Notes: generated by a model not told the origin, from the sequence alone. A stretch of DNA of 64,000 nucleotides from Bdellovibrionales bacterium CG10_big_fil_rev_8_21_14_0_10_45_34 (GCA_002778785.1 PEZS01000010.1:184671-248670); one strand, 5' to 3'; positions 47,258 through 56,991 are shown, numbered from the stretch's first letter. Translations and numbers: made by a program.

Positions 47258-49027
47258 GTGTTCATTGAGAGGTGCGTCGTGGCAGCTAAAAATTTAGGAG
47301 AACTACTTGTCACCGAAAATGTCATTGGCGTTGATCAACTGGAACAAGCAAAAAAAGAACAGCGGCTAAACGGCGGTCGACTGGGAGCAGCTCTCGTCAA
47401 ACTTGGCCATATTAATGATAAGCAGCTCGCGGAATTCCTTTCAAAGCAATATCAAGTGCCGTCCATCGATTTAAACAACTTCGAAATTGATCACACAATA
47501 CTTAAGACAATTCCTAAGGAAGTTTGTGAAAAGTACAGTGTGATTCCCATTCAAAAAGCGGGCTCTAGTATTGTGGTAGCGATGGCTGACCCGGGAAACT
47601 TGCACGCAAGAGACGATTTGGCTTTCTTACTAAGAGCAAAAATTGAAGTTGTTGTCGCCTCCGAAAAGGAAATCAATCAGTCCATCGAGCGATACTATGG
47701 CGGCAATGTCAGCTACGAATCAATCATGACGGAGATTGAGCAGACAGTTTCTGGCGGGGAAGAAACAGCCGCTCAAGTAGAAATCGTCGATGTGGATCGA
47801 CACGATAAAGACTCACCTATTATAAAATTTGTTAACCTCATGTTAACTGAGGCCATAAATATGCGGGCCTCAGATATTCATATCGAACCATATGAAAAAA
47901 GAATGAGAGTTCGTTTTAGAATCGACGGAGTGCTCTACGAAAAGGTTCAGCCCCCTCAAGGTATTGCTACAGCACTATCTAGTCGGATCAAAGTTATGGC
48001 TAAGCTAGATATCTCAGAAAAGCGCAGACCGCAAGATGGTCGCATCAAGATCAATATCAAGGGCAAAAAAGAAATGGATTTTCGTGTAAGTGTGCTTCCG
48101 ACGGTCAACGGAGAGAAAATCGTGCTACGCCTCCTTGACCAAAGCAATTTGCAGCTGGATATGAGTCTACTTGGTTTTGAGCCCGATGAAGTTGAAATAT
48201 TCACAAGAGCAATATTTCTACCTAATGGAATGGTACTAATAACAGGACCGACAGGCAGCGGTAAGACGACGACCATTTATTCCGCCCTCGCTACTCTCAA
48301 TACAACTGACCGAAATATTTCAACAGCGGAAGATCCGGTAGAGTTTCGCATTGATGGTATCAATCAGGTTCAAATGAATGCCGATGTGGAATTAAATTTT
48401 GCGTCAGCTTTAAGAAGTTTCCTCAGACAAGATCCTGATATCATAATGGTTGGTGAGATTCGGGATTACGAAACTGCGGACATAGCCTTCAAGGCTGCCC
48501 TGACGGGCCATTTGGTTGTAAGCACTCTTCACACCAATGATGCTCCACAAACGGTGAACCGTCTACTCAACATGGGTTTTGAGCCATTTCTTGTAAGCTC
48601 GGCCATTAATCTTATTGTAGCGCAAAGGCTCGTGCGGCGTATTTGCCCAAAATGCAAGGTGCCCGAAAAAGTTGAAGACGAGATTTTGTTAGAAATGGGC
48701 TTCAAAAAAGAGGAAATTGGTACGTTTGAGCCTATGAAGGGGGTGGGATGCGAAGCCTGCAGTGAAATAGGTTACAAAGGCCGCGTTGCCGTTTACGAAA
48801 TGCTTGAGTTCAGCGAAGCGTTTAAGTCTGGAATTTTTCAAAACCTCAATCCCAGTCAGTTAAAAACGTTAGCGATGAAATCGGGAATGAGATCTATGCG
48901 CCAAAGCGGACTTCTAAAGATCAAAGCTGGGGCGACAACAGTAGAAGAAGTTCTTGAAACGACTGTTCGTGATGAAGTAGTGGACCTAGAGCCCAAAGTG
49001 GAGCTGAAAGTCGAACAGGCTGGGTAA
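47258..49027 (+). CDS. pilB: Type IV pilus assembly ATPase PilB
   Basis: Track ORF of 589 aa with an N-terminal GspE-N (T2SSE_N) domain, Walker A GPTGSGKTTT, and a tetracysteine motif (CPKC...CEAC). The start may be the GTG at 47279. Confidence 0.92.
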   Translation: MFIERCVVAAKNLGELLVTENVIGVDQLEQAKKEQRLNGGRLGAALVKLGHINDKQLAEFLSKQYQVPSIDLNNFEIDHTILKTIPKEVCEKYSVIPIQKAGSSIVVAMADPGNLHARDDLAFLLRAKIEVVVASEKEINQSIERYYGGNVSYESIMTEIEQTVSGGEETAAQVEIVDVDRHDKDSPIIKFVNLMLTEAINMRASDIHIEPYEKRMRVRFRIDGVLYEKVQPPQGIATALSSRIKVMAKLDISEKRRPQDGRIKINIKGKKEMDFRVSVLPTVNGEKIVLRLLDQSNLQLDMSLLGFEPDEVEIFTRAIFLPNGMVLITGPTGSGKTTTIYSALATLNTTDRNISTAEDPVEFRIDGINQVQMNADVELNFASALRSFLRQDPDIIMVGEIRDYETADIAFKAALTGHLVVSTLHTNDAPQTVNRLLNMGFEPFLVSSAINLIVAQRLVRRICPKCKVPEKVEDEILLEMGFKKEEIGTFEPMKGVGCEACSEIGYKGRVAVYEMLEFSEAFKSGIFQNLNPSQLKTLAMKSGMRSMRQSGLLKIKAGATTVEEVLETTVRDEVVDLEPKVELKVEQAG

Positions 49028-49030
49028 ATT

Positions 49031-50098
49031 ATGTTGAGCCTTCGCCAGTTGTTAAAAGCGGTTATTGATCAAGGTGCCACAGATTTACACATATCAGCTG
49101 GGGCTGCACCGGCGCTTCGGATCAATGGGCGATTGGTAAAAATCAAATACCGAGAGCTCGAGCCCAATGAAACTAAAGAGATCTGTTACTCAATACTGTC
49201 AGATCATCAAAAGCACAAGTTTGAGGAGCTTAAAGAATTGGACTTTGCATTTGGCCTAAAAAATAGCTCTCGTTTTCGAGCAAACTATTTTTATTCTAAC
49301 AAAGCGGTGGCTGCGGCGTTTAGGCGAATCCCATTTCAAGTACCCACGACCGAAGAACTTAAACTGCCGCGAGTGATATCTGATTTAGTTAAACACTCGA
49401 ATGGACTTATACTCGTAACAGGACCCACCGGAAGTGGCAAATCCACAACATTGGCATCTCTTATTGATAGGATAAATGCCACTTACCATGGTCACATTCT
49501 TACAATTGAGGATCCCGTAGAGTACAGACACCAACACAAAAACTGCATCGTTAACCAGCGAGAGTTAGGAGTTGATACCCTCTCTTATGCTGCGGCTCTT
49601 CGAGGTGCACTCAGGGAAGATCCAGATTATTGTCTTATCGGAGAGCTTAGAGACGCGGAAGTTTTAGAAGAAGCTCTTAAGCTTGCCGAAACCGGGCATT
49701 TGTGTTTTGCAACTCTCCACACCAACTCAGCACTTCAAACTGTCAGTCGTGTCGTTTCTATGTACCCTGTATCTCAACAAGATCGTGTTCGAGGGGTACT
49801 TAGTCTTGTCCTTCAAGGCGTAGTGAGCCAACAACTGCTGCCTGGCAAGGACGGCGGATTGTGCTTGGCACTAGAGGTTTTGACGCTAACTCCTGCTATC
49901 AGGCATCTCATTCGCGAAAACAAACTTCACCAAATTTATAGCCATATGCAAACGGGCCAAAGTAAAACGGGTATGATCACAATGAATCAGTCGCTTCTAG
50001 AGCTGGTCATGAGACGTAAAATCGAGATCAAAACTGCCTTCGAAGCAACGCAAGATATAGAAGAACTTAACCAAATGTTAAAGAAAGTTGGACTCTAA
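49031..50098 (+). CDS. pilT: Twitching motility ATPase PilT
   Basis: Track ORF of 355 aa containing SDLHISAGAAPALRINGRL, GPTGSGKSTT and the AIRHLIRENK motif. Confidence 0.92.
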   Translation: MLSLRQLLKAVIDQGATDLHISAGAAPALRINGRLVKIKYRELEPNETKEICYSILSDHQKHKFEELKELDFAFGLKNSSRFRANYFYSNKAVAAAFRRIPFQVPTTEELKLPRVISDLVKHSNGLILVTGPTGSGKSTTLASLIDRINATYHGHILTIEDPVEYRHQHKNCIVNQRELGVDTLSYAAALRGALREDPDYCLIGELRDAEVLEEALKLAETGHLCFATLHTNSALQTVSRVVSMYPVSQQDRVRGVLSLVLQGVVSQQLLPGKDGGLCLALEVLTLTPAIRHLIRENKLHQIYSHMQTGQSKTGMITMNQSLLELVMRRKIEIKTAFEATQDIEELNQMLKKVGL

Positions 50099-50101
50099 TT
50101 C

Positions 50102-51310
50102 ATGGCGCAGTATGTGTATCAGGCAAAAGGCAGCGGAGGAAGGTTAATCAAAGGCGAGATTGATGCATCCTCTGATGTAGAGGCCAGAGTTAAGCTTCGT
50201 GCCCAGAGTTTGATACCAGTCAAGGTTGTACAAAAAGGCGAAAATGCTGCAAAGGGTGCAGTAATCAAATCCTCCGGTAAGGTAAAGCCGAAAGATCTGC
50301 AAGTCTTTACAAGGCAGTTCGCAACTCTGATCAATTCGGGTGTAGCTGCTGTGCAGGCACTTCAGATTCTTGCAAACAATTCCAGAAGTCCCGTATTGAA
50401 GGCGGCGACTACGAAGATTCGAATTGACGTCGAAAGCGGAAAGCCATTAGCAGATGCAATGATGAGTTTTCCGAATATCTTTGATGATCTTTACATCAAT
50501 CTCGTGAGAGCAGGGCAAGAGGCAGGCTTACTCGATACGATTTTGAATCGCTTGGCGGCATACATTGAAAAATCGGTAAAGCTTGTCGGAAAAATCAAGG
50601 GAGCAATGGTTTATCCCGTTGCCATTATCGGAGTTGCTGTTTTAGTTGTTACGGGCATTATGACTTTTGTGATTCCCAAGTTTGAAGAAATGTTTAAAGG
50701 GACGGGTCGCGACCTGCCGCTTCTCACTCAGTATGTCATCCAGTTTAGTCATTTATTAAGAGATTATTGGTACGCAATTTTTGGCGGGCTATTTGCTGTG
50801 ATTGTCGGCGTCGGTCAATATCGAAAAACGAAAGAAGGAAAGATCTTCTTTGATCAGTACATGCTCAAGGTACCATTGATAGGCGACATCATATTTAAAG
50901 GCGGGATAGCGCGGTTTAGTCGAACATTGAGCACACTCATTTCTAGCGGTGTTACTTTGTTAGACGCATTAGATATCTCTAGCCGAGTCGTTGGCAACTT
51001 CATACTCGAGCAATCCGTACTAAAAGCAAAGGCTATGGTTCAAGAGGGTAAGACTTTGCAATTCGCATTTACAAAGATTGGAATATTTCCGGATATGGTT
51101 ATTAACATGATGGCCGTAGGGGAGCAAACGGGTGATTTGCCAGGAATGCTAGGCAAGGTTGCAGATTTTTATGAAGAAGAAGTCGAAACAGCGGTTGGCA
51201 CCTTGACCAGCATGATGGAGCCCATTCTTATGGTCGTTCTCGGCGGAATAATTGCCTTCATCGTGATAGCGATGTATCTGCCAATATTTGATCTTGCAGG
51301 TGGAGTGTGA
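50102..51310 (+). CDS. pilC: Type IV pilus platform protein PilC
   Basis: Track ORF of 402 aa with duplicated GspF domains and 3 TM segments. Confidence 0.9.
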   Translation: MAQYVYQAKGSGGRLIKGEIDASSDVEARVKLRAQSLIPVKVVQKGENAAKGAVIKSSGKVKPKDLQVFTRQFATLINSGVAAVQALQILANNSRSPVLKAATTKIRIDVESGKPLADAMMSFPNIFDDLYINLVRAGQEAGLLDTILNRLAAYIEKSVKLVGKIKGAMVYPVAIIGVAVLVVTGIMTFVIPKFEEMFKGTGRDLPLLTQYVIQFSHLLRDYWYAIFGGLFAVIVGVGQYRKTKEGKIFFDQYMLKVPLIGDIIFKGGIARFSRTLSTLISSGVTLLDALDISSRVVGNFILEQSVLKAKAMVQEGKTLQFAFTKIGIFPDMVINMMAVGEQTGDLPGMLGKVADFYEEEVETAVGTLTSMMEPILMVVLGGIIAFIVIAMYLPIFDLAGGV

Positions 51311-51313
51311 GAC

Positions 51314-53014
51314 TTGATTGGATTTTTTGAATCCAGCGAACCCACTCAGACGACTAAAAACAGTCAACTAGTGTGGCTTTGGGTGATGCCTCTGGCGTAC
51401 ACCCTTGTTGAATTTATTTTCTTAACTTTACAGTGGCGAGAAGTTCGGTTTATTTCGACGGATTTAATTGTTCCGGTGTTAAGTCTGCTTGCTTTGGGTC
51501 TTGCTTTTCAAGGCTTAGAGCTGCTCGAGCTTAAAACACATTTTGCCGCGAGACTCTTCGATGTGGTGGTTGCAGCGGGGCTAGTCCACTACATGGGCGT
51601 TCAGTCGACTTCGGTTATTTTTTTGTTCTTCCTCAATATCATTATGAGCGCATTTCTTTTTGGCAGAAGATCGTGGCTGATAACGATGCTGTCTTGCGCG
51701 CTTCTCAACTTGGTTTTCATTCTTTCAAGGCAAGAGCTCACGCAATCTTATTTTCTCTATTTGGTCGGCAACCAATTGGGTTTCATGAGCATCAATTGGT
51801 TAGCGCTTCAAATGAGCCAAGTTCTCTCTTCGTTGAGTGGAAGGGTGGCAATACAAGGAAGAAAAATCCGAGACCTGAAGCTCCTCAATGAAATGATCGT
51901 CAGTAAAGTTCCTGCTGGGCTAATTACTTTCGATAACGAAGTAAAAGTTAATTTTGCCAATCCTTCGGCACAATTGTACCTCAATCGCTTGCAACTTATG
52001 AAGACCCCTCCGGCTAGTGAATGGCAAGGATCCGAGCTGAGAGTAATTTGGCCCGAGCTTTTCAACTTTTTAGTCAGCGAAGATTTTCAAAATTTGGTGG
52101 TCGGGAGCGTGTTAACTTTTAGCGTTTCCTTTTTGGATGCTGACGCAGAATTCGTAGAGGGTGCAGTCGTGAGATTGGTCAGTGAAAATGGTGAAAAACT
52201 AGGATGGATGGTATTCTTTCTCGATCAAACAAAAATATACAAGTTGCGTGAGCGAGCGAAGCGCTCTGAGAAGTTAGCAGCCATAGGGCAACTTGCAGCA
52301 GGAATAGCCCATGAGATCAGAAACCCCCTAGCTGGAATCAGTGGTAGCGTTCAGCTTTTAAAGAGCACGTTCAAAGCATCCACTGATGACGACCAAAAGC
52401 TGATGAACATTATGATTAAAGAGATCGATAGACTAAATGGTCTTGTAGAAGAGTTTTTATCATTTGTTCGCCCCGATGAACTTATTAACGATACCATCAA
52501 TGTAAATGATATCGTCCATGAGATAGAGCAAGACATGATGGTTCGGAGGAGTCCCATCAAAGCTCATTTCGAGTACAAAAGTACTCACTTGGTGCGCGGC
52601 AATCGTGATAAGCTCAGGCAGGTACTTTTAAATCTTGTCATCAACGCCGAACAAGCTATGGTGACACTTGCGGATCCAAATCTCTTTGTGATCTCTAGAG
52701 ATCAGGGCGACGGGGTTGAAGTTGTTATCAGAGACAACGGTTCTGGAATGAATGCAGAGGTCAAAAGAAAGTTGTTTGAACCTTTCTATACAACCAAACC
52801 GAAAGGAACTGGACTCGGCCTGGCAATTGTACATAAGATTATAGAAGCACACAGGGGCCAGATTTCAGTAAACTCAGAAGAAGGAATGGGAAGTGAGTTT
52901 GTCATCTCACTTCCAGGAGTCAGTTCTTTTGATAATGTAGAATTTCTTGATGACTCTGAGGCTGTCAGATCAGGCTTTGGTGATTATTCCGTGCGTAAAA
53001 AGGGGGGGCTATGA
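51314..53014 (+). CDS. pilS: PilS-like sensor histidine kinase
   Basis: Track ORF of 566 aa with a TTG start, a multi-TM N-terminus, H-box AAGIAHEIRNPL, and the HATPase boxes. It overlaps pilR by 4 nt. Confidence 0.8.
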   Translation: MIGFFESSEPTQTTKNSQLVWLWVMPLAYTLVEFIFLTLQWREVRFISTDLIVPVLSLLALGLAFQGLELLELKTHFAARLFDVVVAAGLVHYMGVQSTSVIFLFFLNIIMSAFLFGRRSWLITMLSCALLNLVFILSRQELTQSYFLYLVGNQLGFMSINWLALQMSQVLSSLSGRVAIQGRKIRDLKLLNEMIVSKVPAGLITFDNEVKVNFANPSAQLYLNRLQLMKTPPASEWQGSELRVIWPELFNFLVSEDFQNLVVGSVLTFSVSFLDADAEFVEGAVVRLVSENGEKLGWMVFFLDQTKIYKLRERAKRSEKLAAIGQLAAGIAHEIRNPLAGISGSVQLLKSTFKASTDDDQKLMNIMIKEIDRLNGLVEEFLSFVRPDELINDTINVNDIVHEIEQDMMVRRSPIKAHFEYKSTHLVRGNRDKLRQVLLNLVINAEQAMVTLADPNLFVISRDQGDGVEVVIRDNGSGMNAEVKRKLFEPFYTTKPKGTGLGLAIVHKIIEAHRGQISVNSEEGMGSEFVISLPGVSSFDNVEFLDDSEAVRSGFGDYSVRKKGGL

Positions 53015-54420
53015 AGGCTCGCATTCTAGTTGTTGATGATGAAGAGTCGATTCGCGAGTTTTTAGATATTATGCTCAAGAAAGAGGGCTATGAGGTCAGC
53101 TGCGTCGAAGACGGCGAGAGAGCGATCGATGCCCTCAAGAAAAAGAATTTTCATTTAGTTATCTCGGATTTGCAAATGCCTAAGGTGACTGGTATCGAGC
53201 TGCTCGACTTTTGTCGGCAAAATTATCCAGGCGTGTTGTTTATGATGATTACAGCTTTCGGCACCACGGAATCTGCAGTAGATGCCATGAAAAAGGGTGC
53301 TTACGATTACATAACTAAGCCCTTTAAAATAGATGAAGTTCGTATCAACATTGCAAATGCACTCAGAACGCTCACACTTGAAAGTGAAAACCGTGTACTG
53401 AGAAAAGAGCTTCAAAAAGAGTACACTTTTCAGAGTCTTGTCGGTGATTCCGAAGCCATACACAAAACATTTGATTTAATTCGCAGGGTTTCTCAATCGC
53501 CAACAAACGTTTTGATTACTGGCGAAAGCGGAACCGGTAAAGAAATGGTTGCTAAAGCGATCCACTTTAACGGACCACTAAAAGATAGACCGTTCGTCAC
53601 TGTGAACTGCGGAGCCATACCTGAAAACCTGATGGAATCGGAAATGTTCGGTCATAAAAAGGGTTCGTTTACTGGGGCTATCAACGACAAAGAAGGTATG
53701 TTTGAAGTAGCTGACGGGGGCACGCTCTTTTTAGACGAAGTCGGTGAACTTCCGCTGTCGATTCAAGTGAAATTACTGCGAGCTATTCAAGAGCGGATCA
53801 TTCGACGGGTGGGCGCAATTGACGATATTAAAATTGAAGTGCGGATTATCGCTGCAACCAATCGTGAACTCGAAAAGATGATCAGTACCGCTGCTTTTCG
53901 CGAAGATCTTTATTATAGACTCAATGTGATAAACATTCGCACTCCTGCGCTGAGAGAGCGACGAGAAGACATCCCACTTTTGGCCAATCACTTTTTACAA
54001 AAATACAATCAGAAGATGAACAAAGCTATTGGCGGAATTTCCCAAGACGCGATGGAAATACTTAAAAAGTACAATTATCCTGGTAACGTTCGAGAGTTAG
54101 AGAACGTTATCGAACGAACGGTAGCTCTTGAGCCGGGTTCAACAATTCTTCCAGAATCACTGCCTCCGTTTGTCATGACTCCGACAGGGCGACGATTGGC
54201 ATCTAGTCAGGAGATCGAAGTTGGCGACGACGGATTAGATCTTGAAAGAGTCATTGGACAAATCGAAAAAGAGCTTCTTATCAAAGCCATTCACCGAGCC
54301 AATGGAGTTAAAAAGCAAGCCGCCAAACTTTTAGGAATCACCTTTCGCTCTATGCGCTACAGATGTGACAAGTATGGGCTGGGGGGGCCGGGGGATGATG
54401 AGTTGGACTCTGACGACTAA
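53011..54420 (+). CDS. pilR: PilR-like sigma54-dependent response regulator
   Basis: Track ORF of 469 aa. Domains: receiver, AAA+ (GESGTGKEMVAKAIH, GSFTGA) and a Fis-type HTH. Confidence 0.88.
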   Translation: MKARILVVDDEESIREFLDIMLKKEGYEVSCVEDGERAIDALKKKNFHLVISDLQMPKVTGIELLDFCRQNYPGVLFMMITAFGTTESAVDAMKKGAYDYITKPFKIDEVRINIANALRTLTLESENRVLRKELQKEYTFQSLVGDSEAIHKTFDLIRRVSQSPTNVLITGESGTGKEMVAKAIHFNGPLKDRPFVTVNCGAIPENLMESEMFGHKKGSFTGAINDKEGMFEVADGGTLFLDEVGELPLSIQVKLLRAIQERIIRRVGAIDDIKIEVRIIAATNRELEKMISTAAFREDLYYRLNVINIRTPALRERREDIPLLANHFLQKYNQKMNKAIGGISQDAMEILKKYNYPGNVRELENVIERTVALEPGSTILPESLPPFVMTPTGRRLASSQEIEVGDDGLDLERVIGQIEKELLIKAIHRANGVKKQAAKLLGITFRSMRYRCDKYGLGGPGDDELDSDD

Positions 54421-54422
54421 CC

Positions 54423-54602
54423 CTGCTGCAGATACGCAGCGCTCAACGTCGTTGCCTTCGAGTCTCCTTCGCTGCGGCCTATTTGCATAGGCCTCGCTCA
54501 TTCGCTCTTTGGCGCCTTGTTGAGCTTGCGTCTCTTTGCAGGGCTGGGGCCTTGCAGCTGCAGCATTTTGAATCGCGAGTCTGCTGCAGATACGCAGCGC
54601 TC
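54423..54602. repeat. Two copies of a 22-nt direct repeat (CTGCTGCAGATACGCAGCGCTC) in a GC-rich non-coding block
   Basis: The copies are at 54423-54444 and 54581-54602. Each contains the small hairpin GCTGC-AGATAC-GCAGC. The first starts 3 nt after the pilR stop. Confidence 0.9.
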
Positions 54603-54732
54603 TTGAAGAATTGCAAAAGCCTCTTCAAACACTCAGACATCCGTTCGGCAGCAGCGCTCGCTGTGCGCGAGCACTGCACCGATCCGAACTCGTATTTGAT
54701 GAGGCTTTTGCAAGTCTTCAGGAATTTCGTCC

Positions 54733-54932
54733 TTAGGGAAGTCCGTCTGGAAAGATTAGATGTTGGAGCTTCTCAAAGTTTTTTCTGTAGCGTGCTTTCT
54801 CTTTCGCAACTTGTTCGTGTCTTTTCACTGTCTTTGGAAACTCATTGAAAACCTTTTGAAGTTCCGCGGAGGGGACGACTTTATCCTGTTTCTTTGTAGA
54901 GCTGAGAATTTTTTTGATTTGCGTTTACTCAT
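54733..54932 (-). other. Possible small ORF interrupted at an A7 tract (very tentative)
   Basis: The ATG at 54932 gives MSKRKSKKF... and then stops early. The frame after the A7 run (plus-strand T7 at 54909-54915) reads ...ILSSTKKQDKVVPSAELQKVFNEFPKTVKRHEQVAKEKARYRKNFEKLQHLIFPDGLP*. There is no clear RBS. Confidence 0.2.
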
Positions 54933-54958
54933 TGTATTCAACTTGCATTCGCAACAAA

Positions 54959-55378
54959 CTAGCGGGACTTCTGAAGTACAACTGTTGCGATAGTTTCTGC
55001 AACAAACTTCGCAAATTCGAGTGCCTCTTCGGCATCCGCTTTTTTGTAGAAATCTTGCGGGGTCAAATCTTCACTGCCATAAAACGCCAGTTCGCGGTCG
55101 CGGCGTAAGGTTCGAGAAATTTCAGTAAATTTCGGAATATGCTTTTGCAACTCCTTGGGAAGCGAAGATTTCTCGGCAATCAGAATTTCAGAAACATCAT
55201 GGACTCTGGGTACATCGATGGCTGCGTGGCGAAGTAAACCTTTGAGAGAAAGCTCCACAATTTCTTGTGCTTCTCTGACAACATCGGCCCAGGCTTCTTC
55301 TTGAAACAGGGTTTCAAGCGCCTTGAGACGTTTGAGCGATCGACTGAGATAATCTTTAGCCAAGTCTTTATTAAACAA
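54959..55378 (-). CDS. HEPN domain protein (putative toxin of the MNT/HEPN pair)
   Basis: Track ORF of 139 aa with the HEPN-type helices ...SLKGLLRHAAIDVPRVHDV... and ...RRDRELAFYG... It overlaps the upstream NTase gene by 8 nt. Confidence 0.75.
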   Translation of the reverse strand: MFNKDLAKDYLSRSLKRLKALETLFQEEAWADVVREAQEIVELSLKGLLRHAAIDVPRVHDVSEILIAEKSSLPKELQKHIPKFTEISRTLRRDRELAFYGSEDLTPQDFYKKADAEEALEFAKFVAETIATVVLQKSR

Positions 55379-55937
55379 TTCTGCCCTCTTCTTTTACCCA
55401 GTACGGATGACCATGTAGATAGTTGCGCCTAAACATTCCGCTGGCAATTTGATTTCTTAACCGACTAAGGACGCTACTAACTTCACCGGCCTTGTCGACA
55501 AGAACAATGCCCTCGAGTGCCGACTCTAACCATAGGCCAGAGGGGCGCCCGTCAACATCGAAATGAGGCAAGTGCACAAAGTGGAAAGAATAATTTTTTC
55601 TCCATGTTGGACTTTTGTGGTCCCAGGTTCTGTAGAGCTCTCGGCTGATAGGAACTGAAGGATCCACTATAACAAGCAAATCAATGTCAGAGGATGCTCT
55701 CGACTCTCCTCGAGCATGGGACCCAAAAACGACTAACCCTAAAAATCTTTCCCCAAAGAAGTTTTCACACGCCGTAGCAACTTCAGTGTAGGTATTTTGA
55801 GTTTTAGAATCTTTGATCATCGATACGATGAGATCATTCAAAGAAAGTTTTCTTTGTTCGGCTTCTTTTTTAAGTTTTGTGTGGAGCTCGCCGCCCACCC
55901 TCAGGACGAACTTGCCAGAAGGAGTCTGTCTTTTCAA
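55371..55937 (-). CDS. Minimal nucleotidyltransferase (MNT) with an N-terminal ribbon-helix-helix (Arc/HicB-like) module
   Basis: Track ORF of 188 aa. The N-terminus FVLRVGGELHTKLKKEAEQRKLSLNDLIVSMI is RHH-like. The NTase motif is GSHARGESRASSDIDLLV. Confidence 0.8.
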   Translation of the reverse strand: MKRQTPSGKFVLRVGGELHTKLKKEAEQRKLSLNDLIVSMIKDSKTQNTYTEVATACENFFGERFLGLVVFGSHARGESRASSDIDLLVIVDPSVPISRELYRTWDHKSPTWRKNYSFHFVHLPHFDVDGRPSGLWLESALEGIVLVDKAGEVSSVLSRLRNQIASGMFRRNYLHGHPYWVKEEGRIV

Positions 55938-56394
55938 TGGGACCTCCTATATAGTACTATGATACTATATTAGGTTTTTGGTTCCATCAAGCACAAATTA
56001 GGCCCGAAGTTGCTACCGTTGTCTTCCGTAAATCGATTTCTAATTTTTTAGACCTTTTCAAGGTGGCAAATTGAACAACGAAAATGCTCGACGAAGCGCT
56101 AGTTTTTATCAGTATGAAACACTTAGAACTTCTGGTCTCGACGGCGTGGGGAATAGGTTTCACAATGAAAGTGTCTCGGTTAGGGAAAGATCTTTAGAGA
56201 TTTTTGACTTCCTTTTAGATTATAGAGTGGCTACGCAAGAATCTCTCTAAAAACTTGAAGTCAACATCTTTAGTCGATCAAACCTATGTCCGATAAAAAT
56301 TTGTTCGTGAGTGTGAATGGTCCTTCAAAAAGATTCTTTGCATTCAATAAAGCGAACTTTAAAAAAATTCCCGTTTGACGGGGGAGGAGAATTT

Positions 56395-56955
56395 ATGAAC
56401 GTATCTATGAAAGCACTGAGCTCCAAAAGCTCAAAGGGCTTCTCACTCATCGAGTTGATGATTGTGGTCGCCATCATCGGTATTTTGGCCGCTATTGCCG
56501 TACCGAACTTCCAAAAGTTTCAAAGAAAAGCGCGTCAGTCAGAAGCCCGAACAAATCTCTCAGCCCTGTATGCTGGGCAAAAGACTTTCTTCGTTGACTG
56601 GAACCAATATTCTTCGGATTTGATTTACACTGGCTTTGCACCAGAAGGTAACTTGGTTTACCAATATGCTATTGGGGACACTTGTGGTGATGCTCCTACA
56701 ATGCCTACTGCGATTGCTACCGCTCACAACCCGGCCAACAATACTTCGGCGGCAGTTTGTGCTGCAGCTAATGCGAACTGCGTAAATGGTCCAACTGCGA
56801 TTGCTGCTGTGGTTCCTGCCTGCGCAGTTCTTGCAGGTTCTGGTGACACTTTCTTGGCTGGTGCTGAGGGAAACATCGGAGGCGGTCAGAATGATGCCTG
56901 GTCAATTACTCAAGGAAAGGTTCTTGACAACGTTCTCGATGGAACAATCAACTAA
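56395..56955 (+). CDS. pilA: Type IVa major pilin
   Basis: The track ORF is 56317..56955. The ATG at 56395 follows GGAGGAG. The class III signal is ...SSKG|[24 protein letters not shown], with G-1, F+1 and E+5. Confidence 0.9.
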   Translation: MNVSMKALSSKSSKGFSLIELMIVVAIIGILAAIAVPNFQKFQRKARQSEARTNLSALYAGQKTFFVDWNQYSSDLIYTGFAPEGNLVYQYAIGDTCGDAPTMPTAIATAHNPANNTSAAVCAAANANCVNGPTAIAAVVPACAVLAGSGDTFLAGAEGNIGGGQNDAWSITQGKVLDNVLDGTIN

Positions 56956-56991
56956 GAGTTGGTCTTAGTTTCGTAATACAGTTTGATTTTC

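Noticed and set aside
54483-54848. A 121-aa plus-strand ORF and a 66-aa minus-strand ORF (54479..54679) in the GC-rich block after pilR.
   Set aside because: They are Cys/Arg/Leu/Ala-rich translations of repeat and hairpin DNA, with no RBS and no motifs. They are better explained as non-coding structured sequence.
55938-56394. Candidate sigma54 (-24/-12) promoters upstream of pilA: TGGCAAATTGAAC near 56063, TGGTCC...TTTGCA near 56317-56341, and TGGCTACGCAAG near 56228.
   Set aside because: None has the required GG-N10-GC spacing when counted base by base. A proper PWM scan is needed, so I do not annotate a sigma54 promoter.
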